Part shown: piece after piece, positions 27,139 through 37,314 of the stretch | Position numbering within the stretch: position 1 is the first letter of the stretch | How the letters are laid out: every line of letters begins with the position of its first letter | From: Candidatus Caldarchaeum sp. | GTDB taxonomy: Archaea; Thermoproteota; Nitrososphaeria_A; Caldarchaeales; Caldarchaeaceae | Length of the DNA: 48,060 nucleotides | Assembly: GCA_038831915.1 (NCBI GenBank) | Contig: JAWBKB010000014.1 | Coordinates: 1-48,060, forward strand | Direction of reading: 5' to 3' | Translations under genes and position numbers: made by a program | The notes under the pieces: generated by a model | Told to the model about the DNA's origin: nothing | Database searches by the model: none | The model's input: the letters and a program-made list of their open reading frames with translations, nothing else

Positions 27139-27896
27139 AATATCTCAGGATTGACGCCGAAGTTCACTGGGGTCTGTTAATCAACTACCATGCTTTCACG
27201 AAAAGCCGTCCAGCGTTACGGACTGTTCCTCCGACCACGGTCATCGGAGCGCTCGCCCAACCACTCGCACTTATCAAGAAATGGCCCGAAACCGACCGAG
27301 AAAACAGCACAGCCGACAAAATTAGAAATTTTTTCAAAGGAGTATACGTTGGGCAGAACCTTTCACTATCAGAATACAGCGACTTGAGCAAAATCTTCTC
27401 CTACGACGCTGACGAAAAACAGATTTTAACGGATGCAGCGGCTGTTTCCAAGATTTACTGCGGGCCCGTGGCGGATGATGTGAGTTTAATTAACTTGGTT
27501 CTTCTAATCGACGAAGAAGCTGCTAGAAACGTGCTGGGTAATTCTTGGATTGCTGAGCTGGTTTCTTCTGCGTGGGCTGTTTCACGAATAGGTGCGCGTG
27601 AAAGCGTTGTTTCAGTGAGGAATGTAGAATTGGGCGATGTAAACCAGGTCCGAGCCGATGAAGCTGTCACGAAATATTGTTTTCCGCTTTCAAGCGGTCA
27701 GCCTCTGGACGGCGACTATTTGGTGGCTAATGTCGTTGACTGGCGAAGCAGCTCAATAGGCGATTACGTGGCCAAACCGACCGTGCAACTCGTCGTTCCC
27801 TACAGTATGAGATTGAGGAAAATCACGGAAGTTAAAGTGAAGCCCACGGCTGGATACGTTTACAAAGCAGGCGACGAGGTGGTGATACCTTGGTAA
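27135..27896 (+). CDS. cas5: Type I-A Cas5
   Basis: HWG, PPTTVIGALA and SRIGARESVVSV motifs. Confidence 0.9.
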   Translation: MKYLRIDAEVHWGLLINYHAFTKSRPALRTVPPTTVIGALAQPLALIKKWPETDRENSTADKIRNFFKGVYVGQNLSLSEYSDLSKIFSYDADEKQILTDAAAVSKIYCGPVADDVSLINLVLLIDEEAARNVLGNSWIAELVSSAWAVSRIGARESVVSVRNVELGDVNQVRADEAVTKYCFPLSSGQPLDGDYLVANVVDWRSSSIGDYVAKPTVQLVVPYSMRLRKITEVKVKPTAGYVYKAGDEVVIPW

Positions 27897-29065
27897 GCGT
27901 TAAGCTTCTTCCACACGGAACATTTGGAAGAGAGTTGATTCTAACCGCTTTAACACCGTTAGTGTTCAGCCAAGCTTTGGGAGGAACATCCGTCGAAATT
28001 AGAGAATACGAAGCAGTTCTGCATGGAAAGGTCAGGTCACTTTACTATGTTTTTGAAGCAGCAAAAAATGGAGTCACTCACAAAAACGCGCTTCCAAAAA
28101 TGAAGCCACATTACAACGATGTACAGGTTATGACGAAAATCAAGAAAAAACTTCGGTTAAATTGCCAAGACACTTACGTTGACTATGGTGTCGCGCTTTG
28201 TGAATGGGCAATGAACGATTTGACCCGAAACCCACAGCGTTGGGAGCAAAGCTTGGAGTCGATTGAGCATACCCCTAAAACGATAAAGTTGGGTGACGTT
28301 AACTCCGTTTTCTCGGGTTTTCAACCTTTCAAAATAGAGAAATACAAATACGGTAAGCAGTTCGGCAATTTGCGGGCGCAGCAAGATGTTCAGATGGATG
28401 AAAGATGGGTTGCTTTGACTATGGCTGGTTTTCTGATCTCCTATTCGACTTATTCAGATGGTGAGATGATTTTCTCCACCGTTCCGGAAGAGACCCTTGT
28501 TAACGCTGCGACTGATTTTCAAACGATTAACTATGTGCAGACGTTGACACATAAGCTGTTGGGTCCGACAAGCATTCAGAAATACCTGAACTTTGTGTAC
28601 GAGCTTCGTTCAGCGCCTGACCTTCACCACGCGTATTCGCTCCTTTTGGCCCTTCACGTGGGAAAACATGCTAAGGAAAACAACTTGACTATAGCGGAAG
28701 CACCGCCAATTGTTTTTCGAAGGGTGCTTTTCAGTGGAAGAAGCTTTTCGCTAATGGAGAGAATTTCGATAAGCATTTCGAGTTTGGCTTCTTTTGTTCA
28801 CAACCTTTCTGATGATGCGGCGAATATTTTGACCGATTTCCTAAGATGTGTTTTAACTCTTTACAGGAGGGAAAACGCATATTGTTCGAATCGATACGGT
28901 GATTTCAGCGTTTGCAATAAGATTGCGAAGGCGTTGTACGATGCTGTGAATGGAAGCCGGTCGCCTGCTGAAGTTATTTATTTGATGGCGCGGTCAAGCC
29001 CCGAAAACAGCCCCCTCAAATACACTAAGTTTTTGAAAGAGGTTTATGAGGCAATCACGGGCTGA
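27890..29065 (+). CDS. cas8a: Probable type I-A large subunit Cas8a
   Basis: Position between cas5 and cas3, size of 391 aa, and an FKIEKY motif; sequence otherwise divergent. Confidence 0.65.
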   Translation: MVSVKLLPHGTFGRELILTALTPLVFSQALGGTSVEIREYEAVLHGKVRSLYYVFEAAKNGVTHKNALPKMKPHYNDVQVMTKIKKKLRLNCQDTYVDYGVALCEWAMNDLTRNPQRWEQSLESIEHTPKTIKLGDVNSVFSGFQPFKIEKYKYGKQFGNLRAQQDVQMDERWVALTMAGFLISYSTYSDGEMIFSTVPEETLVNAATDFQTINYVQTLTHKLLGPTSIQKYLNFVYELRSAPDLHHAYSLLLALHVGKHAKENNLTIAEAPPIVFRRVLFSGRSFSLMERISISISSLASFVHNLSDDAANILTDFLRCVLTLYRRENAYCSNRYGDFSVCNKIAKALYDAVNGSRSPAEVIYLMARSSPENSPLKYTKFLKEVYEAITG

Positions 29066-30680
29066 AGCGGAGCTTTACCGGGGACTCCGTTTAGCGGGGT
29101 TCTACCCTAAGGATAGGGTTTTGGTCGAGCAGATTTTGGAGCAGATGGACTACGGTGTTAACGTGGTTCAGTTGCCGACAGGATACGGCAAAACCTCTTT
29201 ACCAGTCGTCTGTGGGATGAATTCATTCATAAACACTGAAAATTATCTGCGAGCGCTGCATGTTTTACCGTTGCGGAGCATTATCGAAGACGCTCATAGA
29301 AAAACCATACAAGCTATGAAAAAAATTGGACTGACGCACGCGGACGAGCATACGGCTTCACAGATGATGAATGTACCCGGCTCCCCGTTCCTCAACAAAA
29401 AACTCGTGTTCGTCACCTTTGAAACGTTTCGTTTACATCTTATGAAGATCCCGCCACCCGAATTGGAAAAAATTATCTGTCCATCGTTTTTCTCACAGTT
29501 AGAAGGCTGGCGAACATATGGACATTTCGAAATTGGTCGTGGGGCCATTTTCGAGTCATTTGTTTTCATCGACGAACCGCAGCTTATCGTGGATAGGAAG
29601 GATGAGAAAAACCAAGGCTATCTGTCATCAATCGTTTACGCGCTTGCTGGAATGAGAACACCGCTGGTAGTGATGTCTGCGACGGTTTCGAAAAAGCTGC
29701 GAGAAAAAATACGAGAAGCAGCGCAGAACTTCAACGTTTCCTACAAAGAATTCATCTATGGCGAAAACATGTTCGACAAAGATTTCGCCAACGTTCAGAG
29801 AAACAAGAAAATAACCACGGGTCTAAAACGCGGCGATGTTGCTGAGATAGGATTGGACGTTTTGAAAGAAGGTATGTGGGATAAAGTTCTTGTCGTGGTG
29901 AACACTATCGAAAAGGCGAAAAAAGTTTACTCGACGTTGCGTGATTACGGTGCTTTGCTTCTTCATGGAAGGCTTACAAGAGATGACCGGGTGAAAGTTT
30001 TAGAAGCAATGAATGGCAGCAAGTGGGTTGTTGTTTCGACGCAGGTGGTTGAGGCCGGCGTAAACATCTCCGCTGACCTGCTTGTTACCGAAGCTGCGCC
30101 GGCAAGTTCTTTGATTCAAAGAGCTGGAAGGGTTGCAAGAGGAGATGATGATGTTGAAGGTGAAGTGGTGGTGGTAACCGACGAAGCAGGACCCTATGAC
30201 GAAGAAATAGTAGCCTCGACTGTCGAAACGATTGAGAAAGCGTTAAGGGATGGAGGAGTGGAATGGCGTCTCCCAACCTCTGATAAGGGAATAGGATACA
30301 GTCAGCTCGTTGATAGGGTTCACATCCACGACCTTCTTCCACCCAATCCCTACATCTTGAACCAAATACTCAACCCGTTCTCCACTCCTTCGCAGGCGAC
30401 AACTCTACTGGATGACGAAATGGTAACCGTGTTTGTCGGTGAAAACGTCGAAAACATCGGCGATAACAAATCTTTCGTGTCTGAGTTAAGTGAGCTTTCT
30501 AAACATCATCCCAACGCGAAAGTAATAAAAAGCGATAACAATGGAAGGCTTGTACTAACTGATGAAACGGCGCGAAAAATCATATCGAAGCAAAATGTAC
30601 AGCTGAGAATTCTTTGTGAAAGGATTGTAGGTTTCTTGGTTTCGGAGGCGGAATATCTACATGATGCCTATGGCGTCTGA
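29046..30680 (+). CDS. cas3: Cas3' helicase
   Basis: PTGYGKT, DEPQ, MSAT, LLHGRL, STQVVEAGVN and QRAGRVAR motifs. Confidence 0.95.
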   Translation: MRQSRAEAELYRGLRLAGFYPKDRVLVEQILEQMDYGVNVVQLPTGYGKTSLPVVCGMNSFINTENYLRALHVLPLRSIIEDAHRKTIQAMKKIGLTHADEHTASQMMNVPGSPFLNKKLVFVTFETFRLHLMKIPPPELEKIICPSFFSQLEGWRTYGHFEIGRGAIFESFVFIDEPQLIVDRKDEKNQGYLSSIVYALAGMRTPLVVMSATVSKKLREKIREAAQNFNVSYKEFIYGENMFDKDFANVQRNKKITTGLKRGDVAEIGLDVLKEGMWDKVLVVVNTIEKAKKVYSTLRDYGALLLHGRLTRDDRVKVLEAMNGSKWVVVSTQVVEAGVNISADLLVTEAAPASSLIQRAGRVARGDDDVEGEVVVVTDEAGPYDEEIVASTVETIEKALRDGGVEWRLPTSDKGIGYSQLVDRVHIHDLLPPNPYILNQILNPFSTPSQATTLLDDEMVTVFVGENVENIGDNKSFVSELSELSKHHPNAKVIKSDNNGRLVLTDETARKIISKQNVQLRILCERIVGFLVSEAEYLHDAYGV

Positions 30681-31392
30681 GCGTGAGGATCTCAAAACAC
30701 ATATCAAAACTTGTCTATCGTTTTTGGACACGCATTTCATCTCTGTTGGAGCCGCTAAGAATGTCGCAAAGGTTTTCAGCATCACGGAAAAAGAGGCGGT
30801 CAAAGCCCTGAAAGCGACAGTAGTTTTTCACGACTATGGCAAAGCAGCGCAAGAGTATCAACAAAAAGCATCCTCTCGTAAGCTCAGCTTCCCCAAACAT
30901 GAATATTTTTCCGCTGCGGCTGCATGGCAGACATTAGCTGATACTAGTTGGAAAACCGAATGCATCATCGCGATTCTCTGGCATCACATGGCGATGAGAG
31001 GCCCGAACTTTGCAGTTGACATCAAAACCTGGGATAAATTCAAAGCTCCCGAGTCCGCGACAATTGTCGAAAGGTTTGTCGAGGTTTTCAGAGAGATTTT
31101 ACAATATCATGAGCTGGACGACGTAGTGGTGGGGGACCCGCCGGAAAAAATTACGTTTGCTCAAGTCGATGATTTGACGAAGAAGATGTATCAAGCAATT
31201 AACCAGCTTGAAAGCGGGATGACGGTGTACCGGAGAAGTTTGAAGCTTCTGAGGCCTTTGCTTATCGTTGATAATTTGGCTGCAGCACATCATCGAGGCG
31301 GGCTGGAGCGAGTTTTCGTAAAAGATTTACCGAATCCAAAGTCCGTTCTTTCCGACGCATCAGTAATTCAAAAATTGGTCAAATATGTTTAG
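30661..31392 (+). CDS. cas3'': Cas3'' HD nuclease (split, as typical of type I-A)
   Basis: HDYGKA, HEYFS, HHMAM and IVDN motifs. Confidence 0.92.
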   Translation: MMPMASEREDLKTHIKTCLSFLDTHFISVGAAKNVAKVFSITEKEAVKALKATVVFHDYGKAAQEYQQKASSRKLSFPKHEYFSAAAAWQTLADTSWKTECIIAILWHHMAMRGPNFAVDIKTWDKFKAPESATIVERFVEVFREILQYHELDDVVVGDPPEKITFAQVDDLTKKMYQAINQLESGMTVYRRSLKLLRPLLIVDNLAAAHHRGGLERVFVKDLPNPKSVLSDASVIQKLVKYV

Positions 31393-32792
31393 TCGGCTAT
31401 AATAACTTGTTTGAGTGGTGCGCCGCATTTTAGGCAGTAGCGGTGTTGTGAGCTGTTTTTAGCTCCGCATTCAGTGCAGAAAACTGCGTCATCGATTGGT
31501 GTCGGCTTTTTATCTGTTGGCTTGGTTTTTGTGAAGTAATAGGTGATGGCTAGTGCGGATGCCACGGCTGCGACCACGCTGAGCGAGACAAAGTCCACGG
31601 TGAGCACGTATACGGCTTCGACATACTTGGGTGAGTCGACTGTGAGTATGAGCGGTGATGCGTGTGTGCATTTGTCGCCGCAGTCTCCTGTATAGTGGGA
31701 AAGGACGCGTTTGAGGAAAAGCGTTGTCTGGATTTCGTCTGGAGCGTTGACGGCTATGGTTGCGTTTGGCCTATACCATCCGGAGCCCGTCGCACCAGCA
31801 GGTGCTTTGACTTCGACCCTGTATTCGACTCTGTACATGGCCTGGGCTTTTATCGGGCTTTTCACGGTGGTCTTCACTATGGGTGTTTGTGCTGTGATGT
31901 CGCCAACCCATCTTTCGAAAACCAGTCTAATTCTTCCTGGGTCGATTTCTATCGTGGTTGGAAGCGACAGGGTGATGGTTTCATCTTCCCTGGCCCATCG
32001 CTGCTCCACAATGCCCAATGGACTCGTAATGTTTACGAAGTAGTATTTGTCGTATTCTGCTCTGACGACTGCTGGTCGCCGTATTTCGAATGTTGCGACG
32101 TTGCTGGCGGGGTTGTAGATGACCTGTGGATAGGTTCCAACTGTTGTCCATTCGGTGAAAACTAGTTTTTCATCGGAGCTGAGATTTATTTCTCTCGGCG
32201 CCGCCACTGTGGCAACGTAGCCTATTTCATACCAGCCGCTTCCGTTAACAGGGACTTGATACGGAGCGGTTACGTCAAGCTTAACCTCGGTTTTGAAGAA
32301 CGCTTCGACAATCATCGGCTCCATCGCGACCAATGTGTTGATAATGTTGAACGGTTGTTCACCCCTGCTCCACCTGACGAAAACATATCTAAAACCGTCG
32401 CGGTAAATGATTTTCTCTGTTTCGAGAACAACTCTTTCTCCCTTCACGGCCCAGAAGCTTGACCGCACGGAATCGAGCTCTGAGTTGACGATTATCAGGA
32501 CTTCTTCTCGGTAGTTTGCCCGGATGCCGCCCTGCGGAGCTTTGATGCAGGGCTCTTGTGTCCCGTCGCTCCATCCCGTGAACACGAGTCTTCTTTCGGC
32601 AGTGATGTAGTGGACGTAGTGCGCTATGCAGACGGTTGTTCCTGGTGACACGGTGACGGGTGAGTCGACGAGTCGCCCGTTGACGATGAACGGAAGCCCG
32701 TAGCGGTTTTCGACTACTGATTCCTGACCATGAGCCGAGACTATTAAAGCGAGGGTCGAAGCCAGCAGTAGAAAGATGATGAAACGATTCAT
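31389..32792 (-). CDS. Secreted, membrane-anchored beta-repeat protein with a cytoplasmic zinc ribbon
   Basis: Signal peptide; repeated VF.xW and GSGWY units; TM helix; C-terminal CTEC...CLKC. Confidence 0.75.
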   Translation of the reverse strand: MNRFIIFLLLASTLALIVSAHGQESVVENRYGLPFIVNGRLVDSPVTVSPGTTVCIAHYVHYITAERRLVFTGWSDGTQEPCIKAPQGGIRANYREEVLIIVNSELDSVRSSFWAVKGERVVLETEKIIYRDGFRYVFVRWSRGEQPFNIINTLVAMEPMIVEAFFKTEVKLDVTAPYQVPVNGSGWYEIGYVATVAAPREINLSSDEKLVFTEWTTVGTYPQVIYNPASNVATFEIRRPAVVRAEYDKYYFVNITSPLGIVEQRWAREDETITLSLPTTIEIDPGRIRLVFERWVGDITAQTPIVKTTVKSPIKAQAMYRVEYRVEVKAPAGATGSGWYRPNATIAVNAPDEIQTTLFLKRVLSHYTGDCGDKCTHASPLILTVDSPKYVEAVYVLTVDFVSLSVVAAVASALAITYYFTKTKPTDKKPTPIDDAVFCTECGAKNSSQHRYCLKCGAPLKQVIIAD

Positions 32793-33448
32793 GCGAACAG
32801 CCACCTCAAATCGGAGCGGAATATGAGGAGAACTGATGCGGTGAAGACGGCGATGTAGGCGAGTTCAGCCCATTTTCTGCCATCGGGTAATCGCTTTTCC
32901 GTGAGCGAGGCGAGAGACAGCGCTGACACAGCTAAGCTCGATGCTATGATAGATTGGGTGAAGTCGAGGCTTCTCAAAGTAACGATTGTCATGGCTATGG
33001 CTGCGCCCGCCGCTGGCCAGAAACCCAGATTTCTATCTCCTCTGAGGAAGAACACGAGGACGAGAACGATGAAGACAAACGACAGCCCTGCCGGAGTCGT
33101 CAAAGCCATGAACACGTACCCCAGAAACGGAACGGCCAGTATGGCTTTTCCAATCACCATGTCCCATGTTATGATTTCGCGGAAGTCGGGGAAGGCGTCC
33201 GCTGATAGAAGCAAGTAGTTTTCGTGTATTTCTGCCGCTCTGTGGAGAATTGTTGCGTCGCCACGACGGAACGCGACGACATCGCCTTCATAGATGAATT
33301 TGTCTGGGACGACTGCGACGAGAGAGCCGACCGGAATGCTTGGCTCCATGCTGCCTGAAACAACGTAGTAAAACATTATTTGGTTGGACAGAACAGCATA
33401 AAGGAAGATTGTTCCCACAAATATGGCGAATGCTGTGATGATTTTCAT
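32789..33448 (-). CDS. Signal peptidase I, SipW/Sec11-like (S26B), with extra TM helices
   Basis: VVSGSMEP, GDVVAF, ILHR (Ser-His) and VIGK...VPFLG motifs; ATGA overlaps on both sides. Confidence 0.88.
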   Translation of the reverse strand: MKIITAFAIFVGTIFLYAVLSNQIMFYYVVSGSMEPSIPVGSLVAVVPDKFIYEGDVVAFRRGDATILHRAAEIHENYLLLSADAFPDFREIITWDMVIGKAILAVPFLGYVFMALTTPAGLSFVFIVLVLVFFLRGDRNLGFWPAAGAAIAMTIVTLRSLDFTQSIIASSLAVSALSLASLTEKRLPDGRKWAELAYIAVFTASVLLIFRSDLRWLFA

Positions 33449-33816
33449 GTCGGTCTCACCACTACTGTGACTCTTGCGGGATTGTTGAAGTTGCATGAAG
33501 GCGATAAAGACACTGTTGTTGTCGTAGGGGTTGAACTGAGTGTGACTGTTATGCTTCCAGTTGCCGTGCATGCGCCGACGTTGACTGTCACTGATACGAT
33601 ATAAGTGCCTGATACTGTGGAGGACATGGTCAACGTGACTGTGTTGATGGTTGTCGGCGGAACCTGGACTCTGAGAACGCGAATATCTGTTTTAGGCACG
33701 TTTACGACGCCAGTTCCGCCGAGCTGGCTGACTGCTTGCACGGAAATAACCACAGCGTAGCCAATCATTACAAACGAAGCCAAAACCAGCAACACTATGG
33801 GCAAACCGGTTTTCAT
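33445..33816 (-). CDS. Small secreted beta-rich protein (paralog 3)
   Basis: Signal peptide ending GYA-V; QLGGT shared with 34234-34650; two Cys. Confidence 0.8.
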   Translation of the reverse strand: MKTGLPIVLLVLASFVMIGYAVVISVQAVSQLGGTGVVNVPKTDIRVLRVQVPPTTINTVTLTMSSTVSGTYIVSVTVNVGACTATGSITVTLSSTPTTTTVSLSPSCNFNNPARVTVVVRPT

Positions 33817-34244
33817 ATGCACACCGGCGAACCAAGTGGTGCGACAGTCGTTCTAACCCTTGCCACAGAGTCTACGTTAACGAGGTTAGGTAGCTGAATG
33901 ACAACTATGCCCGAACCGGCCCCCGCAGGAACGCTGACACACACAGTAGCAGTACTCAACGTGTTACCCGCGGCATCTAAAAGTGCTGCTGAAAAAAGAA
34001 ACGCTTGCGGTAAACCTGCAGCCCGTTGATAGTTGACTGTGACCTGTGTTACTTGATTTAAGGAGTTTAGGTCTAATTGGGCGACGAAGATTCGTATGTT
34101 TCTTGTCGCTGCTCGCCCTAATTCATAAACGGTGTCTACTCTGTTTGGAAGAGCGGATACTTGGCTAACTGTGATGAATACTGAAAAAATTATGGATGGA
34201 AGAAGCAGGGTGGCTGCCGCGAATAGCAGCAGCTTACTGTTCAA
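33813..34244 (-). CDS. Small secreted beta-rich protein (paralog 2)
   Basis: Signal peptide; LLDAAGN resembles LYDNANN in its neighbour; two Cys. Confidence 0.75.
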   Translation of the reverse strand: MNSKLLLFAAATLLLPSIIFSVFITVSQVSALPNRVDTVYELGRAATRNIRIFVAQLDLNSLNQVTQVTVNYQRAAGLPQAFLFSAALLDAAGNTLSTATVCVSVPAGAGSGIVVIQLPNLVNVDSVARVRTTVAPLGSPVCI

Positions 34245-34650
34245 CGATTACCACTTCAATTCGGTAGACGTCTCGGGGAGCAACGTTAGGAACTACGTCG
34301 ACCGTGGTCGTCACGGGTGTGGCTGACGCGGACTGTGAAGCGGTTCCGCCTGTTATGATGTTGTTCGCGTTGTCGTATAGGTTGACGTAGACAGTGTACG
34401 TGGCGCCGCTTGTTTTCGCTGTCTGCCACTCAATGTTCACCCTATCCACTTGATAGGGTGCGCTCGAAGTCAAAACCCATGTGACTCTTGTAATCTGGCA
34501 CGGATTTGCGGGGCATTGGACATCTACTACCGGTGTTCCACCTAGCTGAGCCACGTCTGCGCTACTGAGGTTTATCAAAACAGCGAAAGCAGCGTTGGCC
34601 AAAAACATCAGAGAAACGAACAACAAAATCAGATAAACCGCTTTCTTCAT
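34234..34650 (-). CDS. Small secreted beta-rich protein (paralog 1)
   Basis: MKK-hydrophobic-AFA-V signal peptide; QLGGT; CPANPC; AT-rich promoter region upstream. Confidence 0.8.
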   Translation of the reverse strand: MKKAVYLILLFVSLMFLANAAFAVLINLSSADVAQLGGTPVVDVQCPANPCQITRVTWVLTSSAPYQVDRVNIEWQTAKTSGATYTVYVNLYDNANNIITGGTASQSASATPVTTTVDVVPNVAPRDVYRIEVVIVEQ

Positions 34651-34764
34651 TTCAAGAAGAGTGGTTAAATGGTTTAACTTAAACTAATTTTTTACTTCAT
34701 ATAATAGCTAATAAATGTTCTTCGCCGGTAATAATGCGGTAATATGGCTGGCCGTTGCAGCTAG

Positions 34765-35343
34765 CTACATGGTTGCTTTGGTTGAAGGAGGTCCTTTTGT
34801 CCGTGGTTCGGGTTGTATTGCCTGTTTTAATGCTTGAGCGAGGGCTTTGAAGGCTGCTTCGGTTTTGTGATGGTCGTCGAGGCCTTTGAGGATTTCGACG
34901 TGAATTGTTGCGTTGAGAGAGGTCGTGAATGTTTCGAGGAAATGAATTATTTCGGTCATTGGGATGTCTTCGATTATTTCGAGGCGTGTTTTGAGGTCGA
35001 TGAATGGTTTGGGTCTTTTGACTAGGTCGACTGCGGCGAGAGCGAGCGATTCATCCATGGGGACGATGGCGTGTCCAAACCTCTTAATACCTGTTCGGTC
35101 GCCGAGAGCTTTGTCGAAAGCCATGCCGAGAACTATCGCCGTGTCTTCGACGATGTGGTGCCGCAGGTCACCGGTGGCTTTGACGACGATGTCGACGAGG
35201 CTGTGTTTTGCCAACGTGTTTATCATGTGGTCGAGAAAGCGATGACCCGTTGAAACGTCGCAGAGTCCTGTGCCATCGAGCTCGACCGCGGCCTCGATGC
35301 GTGTTTCCTTTGTTTCCCTAAATGCTTTACCCGTTCTTGTCAT
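34765..35343 (-). CDS. hisB: Imidazoleglycerol-phosphate dehydratase
   Basis: RETKET, FLDHM, HHIVED, PMDE and HHKTEA motifs. Confidence 0.96.
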   Translation of the reverse strand: MTRTGKAFRETKETRIEAAVELDGTGLCDVSTGHRFLDHMINTLAKHSLVDIVVKATGDLRHHIVEDTAIVLGMAFDKALGDRTGIKRFGHAIVPMDESLALAAVDLVKRPKPFIDLKTRLEIIEDIPMTEIIHFLETFTTSLNATIHVEILKGLDDHHKTEAAFKALAQALKQAIQPEPRTKGPPSTKATM

Positions 35344-36325
35344 TTTGTGAAGCTCCTTGCTGAAGCATGATTTCCTCGAGGGGTAGTATTAGGTTGGGTT
35401 CGTGGACGACGAGGCCCTGAGCCAGCTTGCGGAGTGTTGGAAGTATGCGGAGGAATTCGTTTTTGGGGATGACGGTGTTGATGGCGTACCATCCTTTATT
35501 ACTTAGCGGGCTGATGGTCGGGCTTTTGAGAGCAGGTAGAGAACTGAGGAGAGTTTCAAGGTTTGATTCGTGGACGTTGACGAAAATGTGTAGTTTTTTC
35601 CCGCTGTCCACAACGCCTTTCAACAACGTCAAAATATCGAGAATTTTCTCGCGTTTCACAGGGTTTTCAAAAGACTGTTTATTCGCTATCAGGAAAGCGG
35701 TTGATTCGGATATGGTTTCTAGAGGACGGAGGTTGTTTTGTTCGAGAGTGATGCCTGTCGCTGATGCGTCGATTATCAAATCAGCTTCTTCAGGCGGCTT
35801 GGCCTCCGTCGCGCCGAAGCTGAGATAGATTTTCACCATTTCGTTTTCGCCTTTCCGCCACCACGGCGTCACAATCATCGGCGCTTTACGTCCATAGAGC
35901 CGCTGGTAGGATGGCTGAGACATGACATATGATGCGGCTGTGTTCAAATATTCGGTTGAAATTTTGAGGGGCTTGTTTTCGGCGGCGTGTTTTTGAATGT
36001 ATTGGTCGAGGGAGTTAAGCGGTGATGTTTTGGGAGCTGCAACCACGAGCCGCACGTATCCATATTCGAGGTTGAGTAAGCTGAGTACATCTGCTTCTGT
36101 TTCTTTCACCCAGTCGATTCCCGTGATTCCGATGTCGTATGCACCTCCGGCGACCAACACAGGGATTTCCTGTGGCCTGAGAATCTTCACTTCGATGTCT
36201 CGGTCGTCGACCACGGGTCTGTAAGTTCTTTCAACGCCGCGGAGCTTCAGCATGGCTTTGGCGAGAAATTCCTGCGTAGCGGTTTCGAGACTGCCTTTAG
36301 GGACGGCGAACTTCACGATGGCCAA
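35327..36325 (-). CDS. hisG: ATP phosphoribosyltransferase (long form)
   Basis: PKGSL, DIGITGID, GATE and TGITL motifs; C-terminal regulatory domain PALKSPTISPL. Confidence 0.95.
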   Translation of the reverse strand: MAIVKFAVPKGSLETATQEFLAKAMLKLRGVERTYRPVVDDRDIEVKILRPQEIPVLVAGGAYDIGITGIDWVKETEADVLSLLNLEYGYVRLVVAAPKTSPLNSLDQYIQKHAAENKPLKISTEYLNTAASYVMSQPSYQRLYGRKAPMIVTPWWRKGENEMVKIYLSFGATEAKPPEEADLIIDASATGITLEQNNLRPLETISESTAFLIANKQSFENPVKREKILDILTLLKGVVDSGKKLHIFVNVHESNLETLLSSLPALKSPTISPLSNKGWYAINTVIPKNEFLRILPTLRKLAQGLVVHEPNLILPLEEIMLQQGASQNDKNG

Positions 36326-36407
36326 ATCTGTGAGTTATCGGTGTTGGCTGGCTTATTTAAGGACACAAGGTATAGGTTTTTCAACGACGGGTTCGGTGTG
36401 TAAAAGG

Positions 36408-37001
36408 TTGAAGGCGTTAGTGCTTCACTACGGAGTGGGGAACGTTTTCAGCGTTTCACATGCTTTCCGCCGTCTCGGGTTCCATGTCGAGATGTCTCAA
36501 AAAATAGTACGAGATGTGGACTGCGTGATTCTGCCGGGTGTGGGAAGTTTCGCGGCCGCGGCTGAAAGAATCGCACCATTCCGTGAAGAACTCGTCGAAT
36601 TTCTTGTCTCAGGCGTTCCCGTTCTCGGGATTTGTTTGGGGATGCAGCTGATGTTCGAAGAAAGCGATGAAGGCCCGGGCAAGGGGTTGAACCTATACAG
36701 AGGCAGAGTAGTTTCTCTTCCGCCAACGGTTAAACGGCCTCACATGGGCTGGAACCGCATCAAAAAAACACGCGCGTCACCGCTGCTGGAAAACATCGAC
36801 GATGCATGGGTTTACTTCAACCACACCTACCATCCACAGCCAGCCGACACATCTATCATCATCGCAACAGCACATCACGGCATAGAATTCCCCGCGGTCA
36901 TCGGGACAAAAACAATCTACGGAACACAGTTCCACCCTGAAAAATCAGGCCCGACCGGTGAAAAAATTCTCCAAAACTTCGCCAAACTTGTTAAAAGGTG
37001 A
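36408..37001 (+). CDS. hisH: Imidazole glycerol phosphate synthase glutaminase subunit
   Basis: YGVGN, LPGVG, GICLGMQ, PHMGWN and QFHPEKSG motifs; TTG start inferred. Confidence 0.95.
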   Translation: MKALVLHYGVGNVFSVSHAFRRLGFHVEMSQKIVRDVDCVILPGVGSFAAAAERIAPFREELVEFLVSGVPVLGICLGMQLMFEESDEGPGKGLNLYRGRVVSLPPTVKRPHMGWNRIKKTRASPLLENIDDAWVYFNHTYHPQPADTSIIIATAHHGIEFPAVIGTKTIYGTQFHPEKSGPTGEKILQNFAKLVKR

Positions 37002-37314
37002 GCCGGTTGTGGAAGCATGTGTTTTGGCCTGTGTGGCAGGCGGGCCCTAAGGGGTCGACGATGTACAGCAACGCGTCGCCGTCACAGTCGATTTTCACGT
37101 CGATGATTTTCATGATGTTGCCGCTTTCTTCGCCTTTCATCCATAGTTTTTTCCGCGATCTACTCCAGAAATAAGCGACCCTTTTTTCGAGGGTGAGTTT
37201 GACGGCTTCAAGGTTTGCGTACGCGAACATCAAAACTTCACCCGTGGCGTGGTGCTGAACCACGACGGGAATCAACCCTGTTGCGCTGTCGAACTTCAAA
37301 TCCTCGACTTTCAA
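36991..37314 (-). CDS. hisI: Phosphoribosyl-AMP cyclohydrolase
   Basis: SRSR..LWMKGEESG, DCDGD and ACHTG..CF motifs. Confidence 0.96.
   Translation of the reverse strand: MKVEDLKFDSATGLIPVVVQHHATGEVLMFAYANLEAVKLTLEKRVAYFWSRSRKKLWMKGEESGNIMKIIDVKIDCDGDALLYIVDPLGPACHTGQNTCFHNRLTF

Noticed and set aside
36252-36407. N-terminal extensions in the ORF track (hisH here; also hisA, csa5, the signal peptidase and the BtuF-like gene)
   Set aside because: They overlap neighbouring genes or promoters; downstream starts fit family lengths and SD or ATGA coupling better.
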